A stretch of 64,000 nucleotides of DNA from Phycisphaerae bacterium (GTDB lineage Bacteria; Planctomycetota; Phycisphaerae; UBA1845), in the NCBI GenBank assembly GCA_046753625.1, contig JBHHUB010000001.1, positions 4,377-68,376 on the forward strand, read 5' to 3'. The translations under genes were made by a program, and so were the position numbers. A model generated the notes under the pieces. The model did not search any database and was not told where the DNA came from. It saw nothing but the letters and a program-made list of their open reading frames with translations. This document shows positions 55,155-64,000 of this stretch, one piece after another. Positions within the stretch are counted from its first letter, which is position 1; every line of letters begins with the position of its first letter.

Positions 55155-55229
55155 CGGTGGGACCAGTCCGCGGGCTGTCGCCCGCGGATCTGATCCGTAA
55201 CCAAGCCGAAAGTCTAGGTGTGTCCAATC
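55130..55229 (-). repeat. ~100-nt structured repeat, copy C
   Basis: The reverse complement aligns to copy A along its length. The central hairpin is perfect here (TCCGCGGGC-gaca-GCCCGCGGA). The outer stem has AG->GA swaps that keep A-U/G.U pairing. Confidence 0.8.
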
Positions 55230-55230
55230 A

Positions 55231-56382
55231 CTAGGGTTGGGCGGCCATCTTGGCTTCGCGATCTTCCTGGGAGCCGCCGGGCGTGTCGAATGTTTTCTTG
55301 AACACGGGGGGGCCGACGGGGGACGCCTGGGCGATGGTAAAGTATCCGTCGTCTCGAATTTTGCCGCTGATGATCGCCAGGTCCGCCAGAACCAGATTGA
55401 GCCGATCCATGGCCAAAACGGCCGATTCATAGAGTCGCTCGTCCTTGGCGATCAGTCCCGCGGTTCCCTTCCCTTGTTCGATGTCGTTGATCAGATGGAC
55501 CAGGCCGGTTGCGGCCTGTCCGACCTGAGCCAGAAACTGATCGAGGAGCTCGAATGATCCATCGAGTTTGGATTCGGTGCGATCGATTGCGCCGGTGGCG
55601 GTGTCGGCCAGCTTGGCGGATTGCCGTTTCCAGAGTTCGACCGTCTCTTTCAGCGTCGCGCTGGCATCCTTCAAGTCCCGGACAACGCCCTTGACGTCCG
55701 ATTGGACTTCCACGTCGCCGAGAACCGCGTTGAGGTTGGCGACGAGCTGGTCCATCCGCTCGACGACGGTGGAAATGTTGGCCATGGGCGGGGGCTCGCC
55801 CAGCGCGGGATGATCCACGTCGGCTACGCTTCTCTGTTTGATCAGTTCATCGAGGCTTGCGGCCACCGGCTCGGCGGCGACGGCGAGGTTACCGATGCCA
55901 TCGAGCGTTCTTTGGAAGGATTGTACCATCGATGGCGTAATGATTTCATTGAGCATGCTCGCCATTTCGCCGCGCATCGTGGCCTTTTCGCGCGGCATCA
56001 AGGCGGAGGTGACGTTCTCCTCGACGACGATGTTGATCTGTCCGGTTCCGATGCCCAGCGTTGCGCCGTAGACTTTGGCGTAGGCGCCCATGGGTACGGA
56101 AAACTCCCGACTGATCAGAGTGCGGATGACGACACCTTTTTCGGGGGCTGTGCGGTCCTGAAAATCCAGGCCGGAAACCCGTCCGATTTCAACGCCGTTG
56201 AGTTTGACCGGGGTTCCTTCGGCGACGCCGCGCAGATCACGCACGCCGACAATGCTGAGCTCCCAATCGGTCGTGCGCAGCCATGTCGGGGCTTCGCCGA
56301 ACCACACCATCAACACGCCGAGCGCGCCTATGGACGCGACGACGAAAACACCGACCAACAAGTCTCGCGATTTTTCTTTCAT
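55231..56382 (-). CDS. mlaD: MCE/MlaD-family protein with long C-terminal helical region
   Basis: An N-terminal TM is present (LLVGVFVVASIGALGVLMVWF). The Mce domain reads GVAEGTPVKLNGVEIGRVSGLDF. Confidence 0.8.
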   Translation of the reverse strand: MKEKSRDLLVGVFVVASIGALGVLMVWFGEAPTWLRTTDWELSIVGVRDLRGVAEGTPVKLNGVEIGRVSGLDFQDRTAPEKGVVIRTLISREFSVPMGAYAKVYGATLGIGTGQINIVVEENVTSALMPREKATMRGEMASMLNEIITPSMVQSFQRTLDGIGNLAVAAEPVAASLDELIKQRSVADVDHPALGEPPPMANISTVVERMDQLVANLNAVLGDVEVQSDVKGVVRDLKDASATLKETVELWKRQSAKLADTATGAIDRTESKLDGSFELLDQFLAQVGQAATGLVHLINDIEQGKGTAGLIAKDERLYESAVLAMDRLNLVLADLAIISGKIRDDGYFTIAQASPVGPPVFKKTFDTPGGSQEDREAKMAAQP

Positions 56383-57182
56383 AATCGGGTCTGCTCGTGA
56401 ATTTCTCTAAGCACTTCTTCGCCGCATCGGCCTTCCACGAAGTTGCGCACGCGCATGTCATCGCATTCCATGACGGACTTGGCTTCGCCGTCGAAAATAA
56501 ACCTTCCCTGGTACAACATGACGATGCGGTCCGCCACTTTGTTGGCGCTCGCCATGTCGTGCGTCACCACCACGCTCGTCACCCCGAGCTCACGCTGCAG
56601 CTTGAGGATCAATTCGTTGATTTCATCGGCCCGCGGCGGGTCCAGCCCGGTCGTCGGTTCATCGTAGAGCACCAGCTCAGGATTGACCGCGATGGCTCGC
56701 GCCAACGCGACCCTTTTTTTCTGGCCGCCTGAAAGCTCCGCGGGCCATTTGTCCTGAATGCCATCGAGGCCGACCATCGCCAGCTTTTCCTTCACGACGC
56801 GCGCGATCTCCGCCTTTCGCCGTCCGGTGTGTTCTTGAATGGGGAAGGCGATGTTTTCCGCAACGGTCATCGAATCGAACAGCGCGCTGAGCTGAAAAAG
56901 AAAGCCGAACCGGGGTCGGATTTGAACGAGCTCTCGTTCTGACATCGTATCCAAGCGTATGTCGCGGTAGTACACCGCGCCCTTGTCGGGCTTGAGCAAG
57001 CGGACGATGTGCTTGAGGATCACGCTCTTACCCGAGCCCGATTCTCCGATCACCACGGTGGTCTGCCCCGTCTTGAGTTCCAGATCGATGCCCTTGAGCA
57101 CCTCGAGTTCGCCGAAGCGCTTGTGCACGTCGACGAGTCGAATGATAGGCTGGGTGTTGGGATGGGGCGTAGCCGGCGGCAT
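56379..57182 (-). CDS. mlaF: ABC transporter ATP-binding protein (MlaF-type)
   Basis: Diagnostic segments are GESGSGKSV, LSGGQKKRVALARA and LVLYDEPTTGLD. A 4-nt overlap with mlaD is present. Confidence 0.9.
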   Translation of the reverse strand: MPPATPHPNTQPIIRLVDVHKRFGELEVLKGIDLELKTGQTTVVIGESGSGKSVILKHIVRLLKPDKGAVYYRDIRLDTMSERELVQIRPRFGFLFQLSALFDSMTVAENIAFPIQEHTGRRKAEIARVVKEKLAMVGLDGIQDKWPAELSGGQKKRVALARAIAVNPELVLYDEPTTGLDPPRADEINELILKLQRELGVTSVVVTHDMASANKVADRIVMLYQGRFIFDGEAKSVMECDDMRVRNFVEGRCGEEVLREIHEQTRL

Positions 57183-57200
57183 CGGTGCATTATCCCAAGG

Positions 57201-58010
57201 TCATACAAGCGATTGAAACCCGTACAGCGCCCGGTAGATACCGTTCATCACCGTGCCGAACAGGAAATCCGTAACCAAAATGATGATAAATACGATGACA
57301 AATGACTCGGTACACGCACGCCCCACGCCCTCTGCGCCTGCGCGGCAGTGGAACCCCTTGTAACACGCCACCATCCCGATGGCGCCGCCGAACACCACGC
57401 TCTTGACGACGCCCACAATCACATCGAACTTGACGAGCGCGTTGGCGATGTTGTACCAGTACGGCGAGGAGGGAATGCCCTTGAGCATGACCGCGACAAA
57501 CCACCCGGCGAGCTGTCCGCAAACATCGCAGAAGAGCGTTAGCAGGGGTGTCATGATCAAGCAGGCCAGGAACCGGGGCACGACCAGTTGGCGGATCGGA
57601 TCCGCCCCCATCACGCTCAACGCGCTGATTTGCTCGGTCACCTTCATAGTGCCCAGCTCAGCCGTCAACGCTCCTCCGATGCGCCCGGCCACCATCACGC
57701 CGGACAGAACCGGGCCGAGTTCCTGCATTAGGGTCACCGAAAGCAGGACGCCCATGTGCTGCTCGAATCCGGCGGCGTGGAGTTGGGCGTAGCTTTGATT
57801 CGCGAGGACCAGTCCTACGAACGTTCCCGTGATGATGATCACCGCGAGTGTGCGGTTGCCGACTTCGTAAAACAGCGGCATCGCCCGGACCCACATGTTC
57901 CACCGGATTAGCCCGGGTATGAGCCACCGCAGCATGTGCCAGCAGAATATGGAGAATCGTCCCGTGGCCGAAACGGATTCGATCGTCTTGGCGCCGATTG
58001 TGGCAAGCAT
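57201..58010 (-). CDS. mlaE: MlaE-family ABC transporter permease
   Basis: Family-like TM pattern is present (YEVGNRTLAVIIITGTFVGLVLANQ, ELGPVLSGVMVAGRIGGALTAELGTMKVTEQISAL). ATG 58010 was chosen; the track ORF starts at TTG 58061. Confidence 0.85.
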   Translation of the reverse strand: MLATIGAKTIESVSATGRFSIFCWHMLRWLIPGLIRWNMWVRAMPLFYEVGNRTLAVIIITGTFVGLVLANQSYAQLHAAGFEQHMGVLLSVTLMQELGPVLSGVMVAGRIGGALTAELGTMKVTEQISALSVMGADPIRQLVVPRFLACLIMTPLLTLFCDVCGQLAGWFVAVMLKGIPSSPYWYNIANALVKFDVIVGVVKSVVFGGAIGMVACYKGFHCRAGAEGVGRACTESFVIVFIIILVTDFLFGTVMNGIYRALYGFQSLV

Positions 58011-58417
58011 GGTCGATCCACTCACATTCGAGAAACAGATCTTCTGAACAACGCGCGGCAACCCACTGCTATGTATCTAGCCAAGCCGGGCCTGTCAAAC
58101 CGATTTCGCGCCGTTGCCGGGAGTGCCGGGGGGGCCGGCGATTGCGGCACGGAGCGGGATGCATCGGGCAGATGACGCGTCGTTCTTGCTTTCCTGCAGC
58201 CTGAAAGACTGCCCTGTGTTGGCGCGGGTCCGCAGCACGCGGACCCGCCGTTGCTGCACAAGCTATTGCGTTCGACCCCGCCGAGGGCGACTCAGCGCTG
58301 CGCCACGCCGATCTCACAAGAAAGCCGACTCGTTTCGGGTTGGCTCGGACGGATGCGGCGCGCTTCCGCGTACCCATCGGCGCCGGTCGCCTTCCGAACT
58401 CCGTTGTTGTCATACCG

Positions 58418-59227
58418 ATGCCAGACCCTATAGTTGCGGGCTCCATGGCTATTTCCCCGGCGGTTTCAATCGTGGTTCCCACCTACAAAGAGGCCCCCAA
58501 CCTCGTGCCGCTCGTCGAACGCATCTTCGCCGCCCTCGCGCCGACCAACATCAACGCGGAAGTTCTTATCGTTGATGACGACTCTCGTGACGGAACCGAG
58601 GAGATTGTCGAAACGCTGGCGAATCAGTATTCGGTGCGTCTTCTGGTTCGCGAAGGGGAAAAGGGGCTTTCCAGCGCCGTCCTGGCGGGATTCGCGGCCG
58701 CGCGGTTTCCGACGCTGGTTGTGCTGGACGCCGATTTGCAGCATCCGCCGGAGCTGATCCCCCAATTCGTCGAGCAACTTCATCGCGATCAGGCTGATTT
58801 TGTGGTCGGCTCTCGCTATCATCCGGAAGGGGACATTCAGCGCGATTGGCCCTGGTGGCGCCTAGTCGGGAGCAAGCTGGCCACTTCGCTCGCCCGGCCG
58901 CTCACGCCTGTTTCCGATCCGCTTTCGGGATTCTTCGCCTTGCGACGGGCGACCTGGCAGCGGGCGGAGCAGCTCGATCCGATCGGCTACAAAATCGCGC
59001 TGGAGCTATACGTTAAGTGTGGGTGCCGCCGCCCGGTGGAGTTGCCGATCCAATTCGCCGCACGAACGGCCGGAAGGAGCAAGCTCGGCGGGGCGGTAGT
59101 GGCCCGCTATCTGATTCATCTTGCCAAACTCTATCGATTCCGATACCCCGGTTGGTGGTGGACCGTTGGGTTGGGGCTCGGGATTGTGCTGATGGTCTCG
59201 TTGTGGGTGGGCGTGGGGGGCGGGTAG
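58418..59227 (+). CDS. polyprenol-phosphate mannose/glucose synthase (Dpm1-like GT2) with C-terminal TM
   Basis: Diagnostic segments are VSIVVPTYKEAPNL, LIVDDDSRDGT and VVLDADLQHPPE. The start is at 58418 or 58445. Confidence 0.85.
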   Translation: MPDPIVAGSMAISPAVSIVVPTYKEAPNLVPLVERIFAALAPTNINAEVLIVDDDSRDGTEEIVETLANQYSVRLLVREGEKGLSSAVLAGFAAARFPTLVVLDADLQHPPELIPQFVEQLHRDQADFVVGSRYHPEGDIQRDWPWWRLVGSKLATSLARPLTPVSDPLSGFFALRRATWQRAEQLDPIGYKIALELYVKCGCRRPVELPIQFAARTAGRSKLGGAVVARYLIHLAKLYRFRYPGWWWTVGLGLGIVLMVSLWVGVGGG

Positions 59228-59507
59228 GTGAACTTGCTGGGCCGTGAGTCCGTGCGATGGGCTGACCCGAAACGCCGCGCACGCTACCGACATGCGGCTC
59301 GGCAGACGCATGCGGCTTGGAATCGGCCACCGCTTGCAGATGGCTCACGACGTGCGGGAGCGCGGCGTGTTGCAACTGCCGCAAGCGTCGCCACGCCAAG
59401 CGCGTTTGTGGCATCGTGGCTGGCCGACGCTCTGTCTTGCAGCGGAGCGACAGCTTGCCCTTGGTTCTATGGATCGTTCGGTACTCTTACGGGAGGTGTG
59501 TACCCCT

Positions 59508-59906
59508 ATGTCGCGAGAACCCATTGCAGCCACCGGCGAACCGGCCATTCGAACCGTGATGATGCCCCGCGATACCAACGCCGACGGGACGATCTTCGGA
59601 GGCGTCATCCTTTCGCTCATGGACCAAGCCGCCTACGTCGAGGCCATGCGCCAACACCACGGCCGCTACGTCACGGTTGCGTTTCACAAAGTTGATTTCA
59701 AACAACCGGTTTTTGTCGGCGATGTGCTGTCGCTCTACGCCGACACAACCAAAATCGGTACCACCTCCATAAGAATCAAGGTGCGCGTCTGTGCACAGCG
59801 CAGGAGCCTTGCGGCGCAGCCTATTCGGGTGACCGATGGCGAACTGGTTTTTGTCGCCGTGGACGAGAACGGTAAGCCGCGACCGTTCCCGAAGCGGGAG
59901 GATTGA
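59508..59906 (+). CDS. acyl-CoA thioesterase (hotdog fold, YciA-like)
   Basis: GGGAGG lies 12 nt upstream of ATG 59508. The sequence includes MMPRDTNADGTIFGGVILSLMDQAA... Confidence 0.85.
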   Translation: MSREPIAATGEPAIRTVMMPRDTNADGTIFGGVILSLMDQAAYVEAMRQHHGRYVTVAFHKVDFKQPVFVGDVLSLYADTTKIGTTSIRIKVRVCAQRRSLAAQPIRVTDGELVFVAVDENGKPRPFPKRED

Positions 59907-59928
59907 AGGTCGAAGGTCCGAAGGTCCA
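59905..59928 (+). repeat. GAAGGTC x3 tandem motif starting in the thioesterase stop codon
   Basis: The sequence is tGAAGGTCGAAGGTCcGAAGGTCc. Confidence 0.7.
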
Positions 59929-59979
59929 ACGTCTAAAGCCGTTGACGGGCGACGGTGGGCCGGATGGACGGGAAGGAGA

Positions 59980-61764
59980 ATGGGAAACGAAATGCGACTC
60001 GATATGGTTGTACTTGTGTTCTTGGGTGGCACGATGCCAGGCCTCTACGCTGCGCCGCCGGCGGAGCAGGACACGGTGGCCGCCGTGGCCGCGCGCTATT
60101 GGGATGCGGTCATGCAGCGCTACCCGACCCGAGCCACCGAGACCGGAGACCACCGCTTCGATAACCAACTCGAGGATCTCAGCGAGCCGGCACGGCGGCG
60201 GTGGCAGGGCACGCTCGAAGGCTTGCTCGAAGCGCTGCGTGCCGTTGACGAGGCCGGGGATTCCGCCGAACAGCACCTGAATCGGACGCTTTTGAAGCGT
60301 TCCCTGCGTGACTCGCTCATGTCGCTTGCCTGCCTTGGGCACTACATGCCGCTCGATCCGCTCGACGGTGCGCACTTGAAATTCCCGTTGATCCTGGTGT
60401 CACAACCATTTCACAATCGGCACGATTTCGAAAGCTACATAGAGCGACTCCGGGCGTTTCCCGTTCAAGTGGACCAGATGATTGAGAACATGCGGCGAGG
60501 TCAATCCGTCGGTCTGGTTCCGCCGAGGGTTCTTGTTCAGCGCGTCATGCCGCAAATCCGGCGGCACATCGTCGTCGACGTCACGCAGAGCGAATTCTAC
60601 GCACCGGTCAAGCGACTCGATGTGTTGCAAGGGGCCGATCAACAGGCGATGCGCGACGCTATCGTTTCGGCTATTCGCGCGTCGGTCGTCCCCGGATACC
60701 GGCACTTGCTCACTTACGTCGAGGATGAGGCCCTCCCGAAATCGCGGACCACGATTGGCATCAGCGGGGTGCCCAACGGCGATAAGGTTTACGGCGCCCT
60801 CGCCTATTTGAACATGACGGTCCCGATGCCCGCCGACGACGTGCACCAACTCGGTTTGTCGGAAGTTGCACGAATCCGATCCGAGATGGATAAGGTCAAA
60901 GCCGCGATTGGTTTTGACGGAAGCCTGGACGCATTTCTTGAGAAAATGCGAACCGATCCGGCGCGTCGATTCGCGTCGCGAGAGGAGATGCTCGCTGCCG
61001 CCGACGCGATTCTTCGGCGGACCCGGCAATCGGTCAAGAAACTCTTCGGCCGACTGCCTCAATCGGACATTGTGATGAAGGAAATCGAGGCGTTTCGCGC
61101 CGCGTCGTCGCCTATGGCCTACTACGGTCCGATCCCTGAAGACGGATCGCGGCCGGGTTATTTCTACATCAATACCTACAGGCCTCAGGATCGCCTGAAA
61201 TTCACGCTCGAAGCGCTGGCCTACCATGAGAGCATCCCGGGCCACCATCTTCAAATCGCCATGGATGTGGAAAACAAAAAACTGCCGCGATTTCGGCGCT
61301 TCTATGGGAACTTCACCGCCTACGTCGAAGGTTGGGCGCTTTATGCGGAAAAGCTCGGATATGAACTCGGCGGCTACACCGATCCGTATCAGCAATTCGG
61401 CCAACTGACGCTGGAAATGTGGCGGGCCTGCCGGTTGGTTGTGGATACGGGCATCCACGTCCAAGGTTGGTCGCGCCAGCGGGCCATCGATTTCATGGCC
61501 GGCAACACCTGCCTTTCGAAGCTGGACATTGAAGCTGAAGTTGATCGATACATTACCTGGCCTGGTCAGGCGTTGGCATACAAGATCGGCGAGCTGCGCA
61601 TTCTGGCGCTGCGCAAGGAGGCGGAACAGGCGCTCGGCGAGCGGTTTTCATTACCGGATTTCCACGACGCCTTGCTGGCCGACGGGCCCATGCCGATCGA
61701 CCTGCTCGAAGAGCGCATGCGAAAGTGGATCCGAGATTTCACCAGCAAGACAGGCAAGCGCTAG
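59980..61764 (+). CDS. DUF885-family protein (secreted, metallopeptidase-like HExxH-type site)
   Basis: GGAAGGAGA precedes ATG 59980. A signal peptide is present (MGNEMRLDMVVLVFLGGTMPGLYA). The family hallmark YHESIPGHHLQ is present. Confidence 0.85.
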   Translation: MGNEMRLDMVVLVFLGGTMPGLYAAPPAEQDTVAAVAARYWDAVMQRYPTRATETGDHRFDNQLEDLSEPARRRWQGTLEGLLEALRAVDEAGDSAEQHLNRTLLKRSLRDSLMSLACLGHYMPLDPLDGAHLKFPLILVSQPFHNRHDFESYIERLRAFPVQVDQMIENMRRGQSVGLVPPRVLVQRVMPQIRRHIVVDVTQSEFYAPVKRLDVLQGADQQAMRDAIVSAIRASVVPGYRHLLTYVEDEALPKSRTTIGISGVPNGDKVYGALAYLNMTVPMPADDVHQLGLSEVARIRSEMDKVKAAIGFDGSLDAFLEKMRTDPARRFASREEMLAAADAILRRTRQSVKKLFGRLPQSDIVMKEIEAFRAASSPMAYYGPIPEDGSRPGYFYINTYRPQDRLKFTLEALAYHESIPGHHLQIAMDVENKKLPRFRRFYGNFTAYVEGWALYAEKLGYELGGYTDPYQQFGQLTLEMWRACRLVVDTGIHVQGWSRQRAIDFMAGNTCLSKLDIEAEVDRYITWPGQALAYKIGELRILALRKEAEQALGERFSLPDFHDALLADGPMPIDLLEERMRKWIRDFTSKTGKR

Positions 61765-61920
61765 GCCGCCAAGGTTTCAGGCCGCGCGGCCATGCGGTGT
61801 CGCGCGCGTCGCCGGGTGGCCGTGGGTGTTATGGCTAGACCAGCCCGGACGCTCCTGGCCTTAACGGTCCATGCCGGATACACTGATCGCAGTTCGTTGG
61901 CCAAACATAGGGGCCGCTTT

Positions 61921-63123
61921 ATGCCCAACTCGACCATGCAACCCATCATTTCGCCCGTGGGTCGGGAATTCCTTCGGCTGCACCTCGTGCCCGATGTGGG
62001 TGCGATTCTGGCGAGGCGGCTCCTCGATTACTTCGGCGGTCCTGCGGAGATATTCACGGCCTCGCGGGCCGCACTGCAACGCGTCGACAAAGTCGGACCG
62101 AAGGTGGCCGACTCCATCTTTAAGGGCGTTCGAAGCGACCGCGCGGACGTTGAAACCGACCGGGCCGGCAAGCTGGGGATTCGTATCGTTTGCATTGAGG
62201 ATCCGGACTATCCGGCACCGCTGAAGAACATCAACGATCCGCCCATCTGTCTTTTTGTGCGCGGTCATTGGGAGCCGCAGGATGCTGTGGCCGTCGCCAT
62301 CGTAGGCACGCGCCGCTGCTCGCACTACGGGCGGGAACAGGCGATCCGCTTCGGGCGGGCGTTGAGCGCGGCCGGGTTCACGGTTGTTTCCGGGTTGGCC
62401 CGGGGGATCGACGGATTTGCGCACCGGGGCGCGTTGCAGGGCGGCGGACGCACGGTGGCCGTGCTCGGTGGTGGGCTTGCTTCGATTTATCCCGTGGAGC
62501 ACGAATCGCTGGCGGATGAAATCGCGGCCGGGCGGGGCGCGTTGATCTCCGAGTATGCGGTCGATTGTGCGCCGGTCGCCGGCAACTTTCCGCAGCGCAA
62601 CCGCATCATCACGGGTTTGTCGTTGGGTGTGCTTGTCGTTGAGGCGGGGCGGCGCAGCGGTGCGTGCATCACGGCGCGTCTGGCATCGGAATACAACCGG
62701 GAACTCTTCGCCATTCCCGGCCGCATCGACCAACCCGAGATGACCGCCGGCGTCAACGCATTGATTCGAGATGCGCAGGCCAAGCTGATTACCGGTATCG
62801 ACGACATCCTTGACGAATTCGGCGAGGTGGGCGACATCATGCGCGGGGCGGCGTCGGCAGGCAGTCGCGATGAGCACGCCCGGGGAGACGGCGGCGAGCA
62901 GGTGCTCGGCGCGGGCAAGCCCGCGCCCCGCCCACGACTCGCACCACACGAGCACGCCGTCTATTCGTCGGTCGTCGGGGGCGAAGAATCGGCCGAGCGC
63001 ATCTCCAACAAGACGCACCTTTCGATGGGGCAGGTCACCTCGACATTGACATCACTGCAGCTCAAGGGGTTGGTGCGTTGCCTTCCAGGCAGCCGTTTCG
63101 TCCCGAGAAAAGCCGGCATGTAG
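61921..63123 (+). CDS. dprA: DNA-processing protein DprA (Smf)
   Basis: Diagnostic segments are VAIVGTRRCS, VSGLARGIDGFAHRGAL, FPQRNRIITGLSLGVLVVEA and a C-terminal winged-helix tail. Confidence 0.9.
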   Translation: MPNSTMQPIISPVGREFLRLHLVPDVGAILARRLLDYFGGPAEIFTASRAALQRVDKVGPKVADSIFKGVRSDRADVETDRAGKLGIRIVCIEDPDYPAPLKNINDPPICLFVRGHWEPQDAVAVAIVGTRRCSHYGREQAIRFGRALSAAGFTVVSGLARGIDGFAHRGALQGGGRTVAVLGGGLASIYPVEHESLADEIAAGRGALISEYAVDCAPVAGNFPQRNRIITGLSLGVLVVEAGRRSGACITARLASEYNRELFAIPGRIDQPEMTAGVNALIRDAQAKLITGIDDILDEFGEVGDIMRGAASAGSRDEHARGDGGEQVLGAGKPAPRPRLAPHEHAVYSSVVGGEESAERISNKTHLSMGQVTSTLTSLQLKGLVRCLPGSRFVPRKAGM

Positions 63124-63333
63124 TCTGGCCGCCCTCGGCCGGGATGCCGATGCACATGGCCGCCTCCGGGGCCGGCGTGAACAAGCCTTGGCTTCTACTC
63201 GGAACACACTCGAGGGCGGGTGTGCTACACACAATCGCGGGCAAGGCCTTTGTTGACGATCTTCTCCCTGAACCCAACAATACCGCCATCGCAATAGAAC
63301 GTAGGCAAGCAAGACTCCATCAGGGGATCGGCC

Positions 63334-64000
63334 ATGACAAACGGACAGCCGCTGTGGCGGCCATCGGAGGACCGCGTTGGGGCATCGCAGATGTATGCCT
63401 TTATGGTGCGCATGGCCGAGAAGTATGGATTGGATGCCAGTTGGACAGCACTGCACGAATGGTCGGTCAGTCGGCGGGATTGCTTCTGGGAGGAAATGCT
63501 CAAGATCGCGCAGATCCAGACCGGCGGATCCCTCACGCCGACGTCGACGGGATCGTCGATGGTGGCGACCAAGTGGTTCCCCAACGCCACGCTCAACTTC
63601 GCCCGGCATTTGCTCCGGTTCGATGACGAGCTGATCGCCATTGACGCCGAGGACGAACTCGGCCGAACGCGGTCGCTGACCTTCGGTCAGCTGCGCGATC
63701 AGGTGGCCCGCGCGGCCTCCGGCATGCGCCGGCTCGGCATCGAACGAGGTGATCGCGTCGCCGGCTTTCTTCCGAACATCCCCGAAGCGGTCGTGGCTAT
63801 GTTGGCGACGGCGAGTCTCGGCGCCATCTGGTCGTCGTGCAGCCCGGACTTCGGCATCAGCGGGGTCTTCGATCGATTCGGACAGATCAAGCCTAAGCTC
63901 CTGTTCGCGGCCGACGGCTATTCCTACAACGGTAAGCCGATTTCCTGCGTGGAGAAGACCGCCGGCATCCTCGAGCGCATCGAAAGCATCGAAACCTGCG
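63334..64000 (+). CDS. acetoacetyl-CoA synthetase (acyl-CoA synthetase family), 3' end cut by window edge
   Basis: Absent from the track because it runs off the right edge. My translation is MTNGQPLWRPSEDRVGASQMYAFMVRMAEKYGLDASWTALHEWSVSRRDCFWEEM...WFPNATLNFARHLL...LATASLGAIWSSCSPDFG. This is a typical AACS N-terminus. Confidence 0.75.
   Translation, partial: MTNGQPLWRPSEDRVGASQMYAFMVRMAEKYGLDASWTALHEWSVSRRDCFWEEMLKIAQIQTGGSLTPTSTGSSMVATKWFPNATLNFARHLLRFDDELIAIDAEDELGRTRSLTFGQLRDQVARAASGMRRLGIERGDRVAGFLPNIPEAVVAMLATASLGAIWSSCSPDFGISGVFDRFGQIKPKLLFAADGYSYNGKPISCVEKTAGILERIESIETC

Overview
GC-rich bacterial window of about 60 genes and housekeeping character, read by eye (no tools). No rRNA, tRNA, CRISPR array or intact mobile element was recognised. 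Long R/P/G-rich antisense 'shadow' ORFs are common and were ignored.

Gene content:
- The core (12.9-29.6 kb, minus strand) is a division/cell-wall (dcw) cluster: mraZ-rsmH-LysM protein-ftsL-like-ftsI-murE-murF-mraY-ftsW-murG-murC-murB-ddl-ftsQ-like. It lacks murD and has no ftsA/ftsZ after ftsQ. Two unknown polytopic membrane proteins sit in that position, which fits an FtsZ-less PVC/Planctomycetota-type lineage (inference only).
- Left flank: HupE/UreJ-like transporter (cut by the window edge), LpxL-family acyltransferase, B12-binding radical SAM enzyme, GlmU-like beta-helix protein, orphan histidine kinase.
- Middle: GT4 and GT2 glycosyltransferases, an ABC-2 exporter pair, miaA, a HEAT-repeat protein, nadD, glyA.
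- Right part: LysM/YkuD L,D-transpeptidase; an uncharacterised plus-strand operon ending in a 1221-aa ExeA-like AAA ATPase fused to a giant coiled coil; lpxD; a QxxRW GT2 synthase plus a GT-C enzyme; mlaEFD; a Dpm1-like synthase; a thioesterase; a DUF885 protein; dprA; and a truncated acetoacetyl-CoA synthetase.

Most notable observations:
1. An AhpD/CMD-family gene (41079..41627) has an in-frame UGA exactly at the second Cys of CxxC, followed by a SECIS-like hairpin. It is probably an unannotated selenoprotein.
2. A ~100-nt structured repeat family has three full copies and one partial copy. Two copies bracket the GlmU-like gene in inverted orientation.
3. A ~560-nt lower-GC, hairpin-dense, non-coding stretch (8161..8720) ends in a clean intrinsic terminator. 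It is a candidate large ncRNA.
4. An RDD-domain gene is interrupted by an in-frame TAG and probably also by a frameshift.
5. GGTCRAA/GAAGGTC heptamer arrays occur at three intergenic sites.

Hand-derived coordinates may be off by 1-2 nt.
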